30,640 nt of DNA, from positions 1 to 30,640 of the forward strand of contig JBNPEG010000137.1 in assembly GCA_051117555.1 (NCBI GenBank), written 5' to 3'. The DNA is from Elainellaceae cyanobacterium. Lineage in GTDB: Bacteria; Cyanobacteriota; Cyanobacteriia; CAZCXK01. The notes under the pieces were generated by a model. The model did not search any database and had not been told where the DNA came from. It worked only from the letters and a program-made list of their open reading frames with translations. Shown here piece by piece: positions 18,143-26,610 of the stretch. Each line of letters begins with the position of its first letter. Position 1 is the first letter of the stretch. Both the position numbers and the translations under genes were made by a program.

Positions 18143-18229
18143 GCATAACGTCACAATGTAACGGTTGTAGTTATCTTTGCAACACCGTAGAAAGATCGTG
18201 GGTCAATCCGTTGCCATGCCGTGTTAGCT
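18143..18229 (-). other. Integron attC-like site 3 (87 bp)
   Basis: AGCTAAC-5nt-ATG[G]CAACGG[A]TTG...ATCTTT/AAAGAT stem...CAACCGTTACAT-6nt-GTTATGC. Confidence 0.78.
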
Positions 18230-18291
18230 GGAGCCGTCAGCGATCGCCTTTGCTTACTCAATCTCTGCATCTGAGCGATCGCCCGTTTAGA

Positions 18292-18349
18292 AGTAATGGA
18301 GTCGGGGAGTGATGGAGATGACTTGATTACCCCATCACTCCATCACTCG
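18292..18349. repeat. STRR-like short repeats in inverted arrangement
   Basis: GGAGTGATGG ... CCATCACTCCATCACTC. Confidence 0.6.
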
Positions 18350-18585
18350 ATCGCGCAAGTTGCATCCCGGAATTAAGAAACCTTATACGAACCGCTTCGA
18401 TTTCACAACAATTGGTCTTGATTTGCCAAACGAATTGAAATGTTTGCCTAGCGATATAAAAGTTTCTAATCTAGTTGGTCTCGATTCTATATTCGACCGA
18501 CTTCATTTGATATCCGGTGGTAGAAATTTGATATTGGATAGTGATCAATCCATGCGCAATATAAGATTTTCTTACTCGAATATGA

Positions 18586-18900
18586 AATGATGACCATCGG
18601 ATAGTGAATAATGACTGTCCCATATAGACCATTCACTATCCAGTATAAAACGTTTAATATCCGACACAAAACGTTCAATATCTGACACAAAACGTTCAAT
18701 ATCTGACACAAAACGTTCAATATCTGACACAAAACGTTCAATAGCAGACATTGAATGATGACCATCGGATCGTTAATAATCACTATCGGATCGTGAATGA
18801 TGACCATCGGATCGTGAATAATCACTAGCTGACATTGAATGATGACTATCGGGTGGTGAATGATTGCCCTTAGATAGTGAACAATGACTATTCGATGTGG
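18586..18900. repeat. Degenerate 21-bp-period tandem array (~15 periods, two unit types)
   Basis: AATATCYGACACAAAACGTTC x4 (18656-18739) embedded in AATRATSACYATCGGATMGTG-type units. Confidence 0.88.
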
Positions 18901-19029
18901 GGCGATCGCCAAAAGACCAATTTTGATTTTTAGTCTAGTCCTATAAATCGTAACTATTCAAAATAGTGATTGCTGGTTACCCGAGCAATGAGTTAATTGG
19001 AAAGGTAAGTCTAGAAATTGGAGGATGTG

Positions 19030-21798
19030 ATGATTGTTCAATCACATTCACGGTCTTATCATGCACTTACTGACTATGAAATCATAGAGAGTTTGGGCAG
19101 CCGTGCAGACATCGGTTTAACCCCTGAGGAAGTCGCCCACCGCTATGAACAGTATGGCTGGAATGAATTGCAATTCAAGCCTGGAAAACCTGCGTGGCTA
19201 AGGTTTTTGCTGCAATTTCATCAGCCCCTACTTTACATTTTGCTCCTAGCTGGAGCCGTTAAAGCGTTTCTAGGATCGTGGACGAATGCCTGGGTGATCT
19301 GGGGCGTGACGCTGATTAACGCCATCATCGGCTATGTGCAAGAAGCCAAGGCAGAAGGGGCGATCGCCTCTCTAGCAAAAGCGGTCACGACCGAAACGAC
19401 AGTCCTACGAGAAGGGCAACCCCTGCGGATTCCCTCACGGGATTTGGTGCCGGGGGATATTGTGATGCTGACATCGGGCGATAAAGTCCCAGCGGATTTG
19501 CGGCTACTGCGGCTACGCAACCTACAGGTGGATGAATCCGCCCTGACAGGGGAATCGGTTCCCGTTGAAAAATCTGTCCAGGTGCGTCCCACAGATACCC
19601 CCCTCGCCGAACGGCGCAACATGGCTTACGCAGGCAGTTTTGTCACCTTCGGACAGGGACAGGGCATCGTCGTCGCCACCGCCAATGCCACTGAGATGGG
19701 GCAGATTTCGCGCTCAATGGAAAATCGCATCAGCCTTAGCACTCCGCTGACCCGGAAGTTTGAGAAATTCAGCCGTACCCTGCTCTACGTCATCTTGACC
19801 CTGGCAGCTTTTACCTTTGTAGTGGGGCTAGGGCAGGGAGAATCCTGGATTGATATGTTTGAGGCGGCGGTTGCCCTGGCGGTGAGTGCAATTCCCGAAG
19901 GCTTGCCTGCGGTCGTAACCATTACGCTGGCGATCGGCGTGAACCGGATGGCGAAACGCCATGCCATCATTCGCAAATTACCTGCGGTAGAAGCATTGGG
20001 CAGCGCCACCGTGATTTGTTCTGATAAAACCGGGACGCTGACGGAAAACCAGATGACGGTTCAGGCGATTTACGCGGGAGGGCAACACTATCGCGTCAGC
20101 GGTGGGGGTTATAGTCCCAGAGGCGATATTACCCAGGTCAGCAACGGCAAGGAGATAGCGCTGGACGCTGCGAAATTGCCACCTGCGCTAGCCCAGTGCT
20201 TGACGGCAGGCATTCTCTGTAACGACTCCCAGCTCAAACAAACGGGGACAGACTGGGCGGTGGTGGGTGATCCAACGGAAGGAGCCTTAATTACCGTGGC
20301 GGAAAAAGCAGGGTTGAGCCAAGCCGGACTCTCGACTGCAATCCCTCGCATGGATGCCATTCCCTTTGAGTCTGAGTATCAGTACATGGCAACGCTGCAT
20401 GATGGACAGCTTCGGATGATTTATGTGAAGGGATCAGTGGAGGCGGTGCTGCGTCGGTGTACCCAGAGGCTCGATGCTCAGGGGCAGGCGATCGCCCTTG
20501 ATGCTACCCAAATCAAACAGGAAGTCGATGACCTGGCAGGGCAGGGGTTACGGGTGCTGGCATTTGCTCAAAAGGCGGTAGCGCTACAGCACCATGCAAT
20601 CGACCATGAGGACATCGCGACGGATCTAGTGTTTCTGGGGCTACAGGGCATGATTGACCCACCCCGTCCAGAGGCGATCGCGGCGGTTCATGCCTGTCAG
20701 TCTGCCGGGATTCAGGTCAAGATGATCACAGGCGATCACATTGCCACAGCTCAGGCGATCGCCCAACGGATGGGAATTCAAACTCGTGCAGGTGTCATCG
20801 CCTTTGCAGGGCAAAAATTAGCCCAAATGAATGAGTCAGAAATTCACAATGCAGCCGTTGAAGGGTCTGTCTTTGCCAGAGTCGCTCCCGCGCAAAAGCT
20901 GCAACTGGTGGAAGCGCTTCAGGCCAGGGGCAATATCGTCGCCATGACGGGAGATGGGGTGAACGATGCCCCGGCACTCAAGCAGGCGGATATTGGCATC
21001 GCGATGGGGAAAGGCGGTACGGAGGTCGCTCGCGAATCTGCCGCAATGCTTTTGACCGATGATAATTTTGCCTCGATTGAAGCCGCTGTGGAAGAAGGAC
21101 GTACGGTTTACCAAAATTTGCGTAAGGCGATCGCCTTTCTGTTGCCTGTAAATGGCGGGGAATCCATGACGATTTTGATTAGTGCCCTATTGGCGCGGGC
21201 GTTGCCGATTCTATCCCTGCAAGTTCTCTGGCTAAATATGATCAACTCCATCACCATGACGGTTCCCCTCGCCTTTGAACCCAAATCTCAGGGGTTGATG
21301 CAGCAGCCACCCCGTAACCCGAGGGAACCCCTACTCACCCCGAAACTGTTCCGCCGCATTCTGGTGGTGTCGGTGTTTAACTGGATTTTGATTTTTGGAC
21401 TGTTTGAATGGGCGAGGTCGGCGACAGGAGACATTGCAGTGGCGCGAACCATGGCGATTCAAGCCCTAGTTGCCGCACGCATTGTTTATCTGATCAGTAT
21501 CAGCCAGTTAGGCGCAAACATTGGGCAATATTTGCGCGGTCGGACGAGGACAATTCCCGGAGGGAGCGCTTCGCGAATCGCCAATGCTCCAATTCTGCTC
21601 CTAGGAATTGCCGCTGCCATCATCCTGCAAGTGCTGTTTAGCCAGTGGAGTGTGATGAACACCTTGTTTGACACAGCGCCCCTGACCTGGAACCAATGGC
21701 TGATTTGCTTGTTGCCGATGCTACCGATGATCCCAACAGCACTATGGGTCAATTGGATTGATCCACCTCAAGCTAATTCCACAGCAAACCATGAGTAA
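19030..21798 (+). CDS. Cation-transporting P-type ATPase (type IIA-like)
   Basis: TGES, PEGL, DKTGTLT, KGSVE, TGDGVND; GGAGG RBS. Confidence 0.95.
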   Translation: MIVQSHSRSYHALTDYEIIESLGSRADIGLTPEEVAHRYEQYGWNELQFKPGKPAWLRFLLQFHQPLLYILLLAGAVKAFLGSWTNAWVIWGVTLINAIIGYVQEAKAEGAIASLAKAVTTETTVLREGQPLRIPSRDLVPGDIVMLTSGDKVPADLRLLRLRNLQVDESALTGESVPVEKSVQVRPTDTPLAERRNMAYAGSFVTFGQGQGIVVATANATEMGQISRSMENRISLSTPLTRKFEKFSRTLLYVILTLAAFTFVVGLGQGESWIDMFEAAVALAVSAIPEGLPAVVTITLAIGVNRMAKRHAIIRKLPAVEALGSATVICSDKTGTLTENQMTVQAIYAGGQHYRVSGGGYSPRGDITQVSNGKEIALDAAKLPPALAQCLTAGILCNDSQLKQTGTDWAVVGDPTEGALITVAEKAGLSQAGLSTAIPRMDAIPFESEYQYMATLHDGQLRMIYVKGSVEAVLRRCTQRLDAQGQAIALDATQIKQEVDDLAGQGLRVLAFAQKAVALQHHAIDHEDIATDLVFLGLQGMIDPPRPEAIAAVHACQSAGIQVKMITGDHIATAQAIAQRMGIQTRAGVIAFAGQKLAQMNESEIHNAAVEGSVFARVAPAQKLQLVEALQARGNIVAMTGDGVNDAPALKQADIGIAMGKGGTEVARESAAMLLTDDNFASIEAAVEEGRTVYQNLRKAIAFLLPVNGGESMTILISALLARALPILSLQVLWLNMINSITMTVPLAFEPKSQGLMQQPPRNPREPLLTPKLFRRILVVSVFNWILIFGLFEWARSATGDIAVARTMAIQALVAARIVYLISISQLGANIGQYLRGRTRTIPGGSASRIANAPILLLGIAAAIILQVLFSQWSVMNTLFDTAPLTWNQWLICLLPMLPMIPTALWVNWIDPPQANSTANHE

Positions 21799-21948
21799 CT
21801 CTGGTAAAGGGGAGTAGAGCTATTTAATGCATTCTACAAGCGAGCACTAACGCTGACGTTGAGGGCGATCGCCACCTCACGAATTTTGATCAAACTACAT
21901 AAATGGAGAACTTTGAAACAATGCCCAACACTTAAACCTAGTTAGCAG

Positions 21949-23442
21949 TTACGATCGGTCAATTATGGGCGATTCATAGGCATCGAGCCCACTCAAAATC
22001 GCTCGTCTAAGCTCGCTATTCATTTTGATGGGTGAAGGAGACTCTGACGGCTGAGGATGCGATGCCGTCTCCTCTTTGTGATCCTGATTGGGCACATCAT
22101 CTTGACTGGGCAACTCAGCGGGTTTGGCTGCTTCAATTTGGGTCAAGACCGTTGCCTGTAGTTTGACAACTTCCATCAAGTGAGTGCTTTGTTGCCGATA
22201 AAGCACGATCTGCTCATCCGTTGCTTGCCACTCAGTGCGATAACTAGCCGCCAGCGCCTCCAGTTGAATGTCATATCTTTCTCGAATTGCCTGCTCCAAT
22301 TCTTCCGCATCGATATCCGGGAGTGTAATCAACTGAATTAAGATTGCTTCATTGGGCTGTCGCTCAATCGCTTGAATCACTATGTCGGGGACGCCATACT
22401 TCACCTGCACATCATCAATCGACAGTAATACCGCGCGCCAGTCAATGCCATCATCAAACCGCAGATCAATGGTGTTTGAAATTGGTGGAGGGAGTTTAAC
22501 CGTATCTAAAACAGGCGTTTTGTCAATATGGGCAGGTTCGTTAATCTGTCCATTATCATCGTCTGCCCTATCAGAAAAGACAGGGAGGGGTTCTTCCCAA
22601 ATGACTCCATCAAAATTTGTAGTACTGTCGACATTCCAATCTTCCACAGAGGCTCCTGAAAGGATGGCATGAGCAAAGTTAGTTCCGATCGCCTGAGTTC
22701 TAAAGAGATTGGCTCTAGATAAGTTAGCGCCCGTTAGATTTGCACCATTTAAGTTTGTGCGAATCAGATTGGCTTCGCTTAGATCGACGCCACTCAAATC
22801 CATACCGCTGAGGTCAACCCCGATTAGGTTGGCGCGGCGCAAATCAGTATCTCGAAGAATGGTGCCAATCAGGGTTGTTCCGCGTAGATCAACCCCATGA
22901 AGGCAGGCACGATTTAAGTCGACGTTGGTGAGATTTGCCTCGCTCAAATTAGCACGACTTAAATCTGCGCGGCTGAGATTTGCCTGACTCAAGTTGGCTC
23001 GATTGAAGTTGGCATCCTTTAAATCTGCACCAATCAAAATTACGCCATTCCGGTCTTGGCCGCTCAGTTCTGCATTACTCAGGTCAGCACGGCTGAGATT
23101 TGCAAGTCTTAGATTTGCGCCGCGAAAGTCGGCATTTGTAAGATTTGCTTGGCTCAGATTGACTTGGGTGAGATTTGCCCATCGCAGCATGGTCTGCTCA
23201 AGGTTTGCCTGATTCAGGTTGGCTTGGCTCAGATTTGCCCAGGTCAGGTTTGCATCACTCAGATCGGCGTGGCTGAGATTAGCTTGATTGAGATCTGCCC
23301 ACTTAAAATTGATTTGAGTAAGAGTGACATGGCTGAGATTTGCCTGACTGAGATTGGGGGTGGCTGGATCTTTCTTCCTCCACTCATTCCAGGCTTCCAC
23401 CCCTTGCCTGATTAGAGCAAGATGTTCTGCAATGGTCATCAC
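21949..23442 (-). CDS. Pentapeptide-repeat protein with C-terminal domain
   Basis: GVEAWNEWR cap and a long A(N/D)Lxx tract. Confidence 0.93.
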   Translation of the reverse strand: MMTIAEHLALIRQGVEAWNEWRKKDPATPNLSQANLSHVTLTQINFKWADLNQANLSHADLSDANLTWANLSQANLNQANLEQTMLRWANLTQVNLSQANLTNADFRGANLRLANLSRADLSNAELSGQDRNGVILIGADLKDANFNRANLSQANLSRADLSRANLSEANLTNVDLNRACLHGVDLRGTTLIGTILRDTDLRRANLIGVDLSGMDLSGVDLSEANLIRTNLNGANLTGANLSRANLFRTQAIGTNFAHAILSGASVEDWNVDSTTNFDGVIWEEPLPVFSDRADDDNGQINEPAHIDKTPVLDTVKLPPPISNTIDLRFDDGIDWRAVLLSIDDVQVKYGVPDIVIQAIERQPNEAILIQLITLPDIDAEELEQAIRERYDIQLEALAASYRTEWQATDEQIVLYRQQSTHLMEVVKLQATVLTQIEAAKPAELPSQDDVPNQDHKEETASHPQPSESPSPIKMNSELRRAILSGLDAYESPIIDRS

Positions 23443-23513
23443 ATTAGCCTTTCAGCCCTACTATTTTCCATAGTTGTTCATAACTATTTTGCCAGTCGAT
23501 GCTGCCACGTCTA

Positions 23514-23616
23514 ATACCAATTCTTCAAAGTCAGGCTACAAATGAACAGACTAGAACCCTTGCAAGGCTTCTGGCCGTTAATCCAAAATCGCAAATCCAA
23601 AATCGAGAATTGGTAT
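23514..23616. mobile_element. MITE (~103 bp) with IS630-type ends
   Basis: ATACCAATTCT ... AGAATTGGTAT inverted ends; left end resembles the IS end at 30518; internal AATCCAAAATCG x2. Confidence 0.75.
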
Positions 23617-23701
23617 AACTGCTGACGCTCGATCATCGCCGTACTTTGAGAACATCGCCTTGCGATGGGTTGGCATAACCATTCATGGCAATGAAATACC
23701 C

Positions 23702-24052
23702 TTATTTCGCAGCAAATTGTCCTTTTTTAAGATGATGCAATGCCTGAATGACAGTGCCTCTAGCATATTGACTCATAGCCAGCACAGGAACCTGATTGAC
23801 ATGCACTTGATATTGGATATACGGCCCTTGATGCAACAGGGTAACGGCATCCCTTGGGTGGATACCCGCCTTCAAAGAAGTCACAGCTACGGCATCATCT
23901 AATTGGATAGCTGCCCAATCATTTTGGGCAAAGCGCTGATAGAGCATTGGGTAATCCAATGGTTCTCCAATCACCTGCTGAGCTTGAATTAGATACTGCT
24001 GCCGAGCGTGCTGTCCTAACGCTTTGGCGGGTTCTTTAGGTTGGAGCGTCAT
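23702..24052 (-). CDS. Hypothetical protein, third gene of the parM operon
   Basis: 116 aa, starts 12 bp after the previous stop. Confidence 0.75.
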   Translation of the reverse strand: MTLQPKEPAKALGQHARQQYLIQAQQVIGEPLDYPMLYQRFAQNDWAAIQLDDAVAVTSLKAGIHPRDAVTLLHQGPYIQYQVHVNQVPVLAMSQYARGTVIQALHHLKKGQFAAK

Positions 24053-24064
24053 GGATGAACACGG

Positions 24065-24571
24065 CTATGCTACCGCTTCAGCATTACTGCACAAATCGCC
24101 TAGCAAGGCATCTTCGTCAAAATCAGATTCGTCATCTGCTACCTGAGTGGAGACGTAAGAATCAGGCACAGCATCCGGTGTTTGATCAGATTGAGTATTA
24201 TGCACCCGGATGGATTGGATTTTCAGAACTTCGGCGATCGCCTCTTTGATGTCAGTTTTCAAATCAAGGGCGATCGCCCCTGGACGCTCAACCTCAAATG
24301 CCCCACAGAGAACTTCAATTTGACGTGAAAGCATCTCCACCGCATCTTGCGCCATCGCTTGAAGCTCATCGTCTGTCACGTCTTTGCTGTCCTGGTAAGC
24401 AAATGGTTTATAGAATGCCACCATAGCATCTACCCCCTTCCGCTTCCCTTCTCGGCTACTAAAGCAACGATTCTTGATCAGGTATTGAAAGACGACTCCA
24501 ATAACCGAATCAACATCGGCATTAAATGCAAACTGAACCCGCTGGCGAACAGTCTTCTGATTGGCAACCAT
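24065..24571 (-). CDS. Putative ParR-like adaptor
   Basis: Directly downstream of ParM; basic N-terminus with a beta-strand, acidic/hydrophobic C-terminal tail. Confidence 0.6.
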   Translation of the reverse strand: MVANQKTVRQRVQFAFNADVDSVIGVVFQYLIKNRCFSSREGKRKGVDAMVAFYKPFAYQDSKDVTDDELQAMAQDAVEMLSRQIEVLCGAFEVERPGAIALDLKTDIKEAIAEVLKIQSIRVHNTQSDQTPDAVPDSYVSTQVADDESDFDEDALLGDLCSNAEAVA

Positions 24572-24581
24572 TGCACCCGCG

Positions 24582-25706
24582 CTAAGCTAACACCTCGCTG
24601 TACTTGCTGATAAGTCCCTGAAATAAGCCATAGCAATCGGCCATTCGCATTACCAGGGATGGATTATCAGTCGCTTCAGGCAGTTTGGTGACAATTTCGT
24701 CAAGTTTTTCCTGTTTGCCATCCGCAAAAATAACCTGATCGGTCATTCGCAGTTGATCAAAATAGTGCTTAATCGTTTGCTCCATAACAAACGCTGCACC
24801 ACCGCTGATAATGATATCTGACGGTCCATCCGACAGTTGACCCAGCAAATTATCTTGCAAATACAGTCGAGATGTTCTCCAATAGGCATGTCGAACGGCT
24901 TCAACGGCTGCAGCAAAGTCATAGAGTTCGCCGCGTGCTTGCGAGATTTGGGTTGTTTTATTAGTTGCTAATGCTGCCATCAGTGCAGGATAGTCAGCCG
25001 GCGTAATTCCGCAGCTTCGTGATACCCGCTCAAACACAGTCCAAAAGCCAGGGCCATCAGAATTAGACTTGGCACTCTTGAGGCTTCCTTGCTCAAAACA
25101 AAGCACAGATAAATTTCGATGTCCCAGCATCAAAATAAAGGTGCGGCGTTGGTCGATTGAAACACCCATTCCTTCAAGCTGAGCCTTGCGGTTGAGATAG
25201 AGGCCAAACCCTTCTGGGCAAAACTTGAGACTCACGCGTGCTTGCTGAGCCATGCCTCTAAACCGGAAGTTTTGAGCGGTTTGAGTTAGTTTTGCAGCGA
25301 TTTCATCTTTCGTATTCATTTCTGTCAGGGGCAACGGTAGCCAAATGACAGCTTCATACTGGTTGGGCAATCGCTCTTTGTCTGCGATAACGCCTAGCGC
25401 CGCAATGATTTTGTAGACAGCTTGATTGGCTTTGTTTTCGGTCATGCTGTTGCTATCTAAAAATGCTTTGGCGGCATCGCCAACCAAAATCACTTCATTG
25501 CCAACTTGGAGCCAAGCATGGTCTTGTGGACGACCTCCTGCATTGAGAACCGAAAGTGCCAAGGTGGTTAACCCATCTGCGACACCAGGGCCCATCCAGA
25601 GGGCTTCTTGCTGATTGTCTTGTACTTGGTAGAAGAACTTGGAACCAGATGTACCAATGTCTCCAGCCAGGTAGATGGTCGAATTAGCGGTGGTGGTCTG
25701 AGTCAT
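24582..25706 (-). CDS. parM: ParM/StbA-family actin-like ATPase
   Basis: DIGTSGSK (phosphate 1), PEGFG, MLGHRN (cyanobacterial phosphate 2 variant), ISGGAA. Confidence 0.85.
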   Translation of the reverse strand: MTQTTTANSTIYLAGDIGTSGSKFFYQVQDNQQEALWMGPGVADGLTTLALSVLNAGGRPQDHAWLQVGNEVILVGDAAKAFLDSNSMTENKANQAVYKIIAALGVIADKERLPNQYEAVIWLPLPLTEMNTKDEIAAKLTQTAQNFRFRGMAQQARVSLKFCPEGFGLYLNRKAQLEGMGVSIDQRRTFILMLGHRNLSVLCFEQGSLKSAKSNSDGPGFWTVFERVSRSCGITPADYPALMAALATNKTTQISQARGELYDFAAAVEAVRHAYWRTSRLYLQDNLLGQLSDGPSDIIISGGAAFVMEQTIKHYFDQLRMTDQVIFADGKQEKLDEIVTKLPEATDNPSLVMRMADCYGLFQGLISKYSEVLA

Positions 25707-25897
25707 GAATGTAGAGGAGAACGCTACATCCGCATTCTATGTAACAATACTGAGATTTGGTTAGTCTTGACGAGTATTCTTCGCAAAAACTTCAAGAAAA
25801 GCGTGATTTTGCTTTTTTTATTCAATTTATGGTTAATTTTGGTTATAAAGTACCTAAAAATAAATCTTGACGTACATGATAGGGTTGGGTAGATACT

Positions 25898-25935
25898 GTT
25901 ACAGGTGCCGTTACAGTGCGAAGTTACAGTGCGAA
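25898..25935. repeat. Three short direct repeats GTTACAG(G)TGC
   Basis: At 25898, 25910 and 25923 in the divergent intergenic region. Confidence 0.7.
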
Positions 25936-25959
25936 GGATAAATGCAGATGCAATGAATC

Positions 25960-26610
25960 ATGGCTATTTATCCGTTCAGCCGCTGGGAAATAAATAGAGA
26001 GTCTTTGCTGTTTATCTTTTCAGCCGTTGAAGACGAAATCAGGAATACTCTGCCATCTGTGAAATCTCTAGGCTCCTGTGACGAGTCAACAGTCCTCTTA
26101 GCCGTTCAACTAGTCGACCGCAAGACCGTGGTAGAAAACTCGTCAGACTCGTTCTCCCCTGAATCGTCTTCTCCTGCTCGGCCTGCCGAGATTCACTCGT
26201 CTCCCTCGACGGAGAACGGATTTGAAGGCGATCGCCCCCCCTTAGATAATCGTGAATCAGTTCACGAATCTGACTATGAATTGGATCATGATTTAGATGC
26301 TCAGCAGCTTGACCTTGCCGAGCGCAACTTGGCTCTCAAAGAACGGAAAATCCAGCTACGGGCTCAGATTGCGGACTTAGAGGCGTATGAAAAAACTATC
26401 TTTTCGTCTAGAACATCTCGGCGGATTCAGCACATCACCCAAGGAATAATTGGAGTGGTAATGCTAGGAACTGGAATTGCGTTTACTGCAACCGACCATA
26501 TGATTGGTCCCTATTTCATCGGAGTGGGGGCAGCAGCAAGCTTCAGCTTGAAAGACACCGTTCAACTCGGTCGTCCCGCCTCCTTGGATCAGCACGACGA
26601 ATCGGTATGA
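25960..26610 (+). CDS. Hypothetical membrane protein (coiled coil plus two C-terminal TM helices)
   Basis: 216-aa ORF with an ATGA overlap to the next gene. Confidence 0.75.
   Translation: MAIYPFSRWEINRESLLFIFSAVEDEIRNTLPSVKSLGSCDESTVLLAVQLVDRKTVVENSSDSFSPESSSPARPAEIHSSPSTENGFEGDRPPLDNRESVHESDYELDHDLDAQQLDLAERNLALKERKIQLRAQIADLEAYEKTIFSSRTSRRIQHITQGIIGVVMLGTGIAFTATDHMIGPYFIGVGAAASFSLKDTVQLGRPASLDQHDESV

Noticed and set aside
17531..18146. Overlapping ORFs 17531-18091 (+) and 17832-18146 (-)
   Set aside because: Shadow frames of the GC-rich DUF1801 gene.
18487..18912. 141-aa ORF as a real gene
   Set aside because: TTG start without an RBS; the open frame can be explained by repeat periodicity. 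Reported as a repeat instead.
22382..23415. Antisense ORFs over the pentapeptide genes (also 8387-8722, 26921-27305)
   Set aside because: Artefacts of repetitive codon usage.
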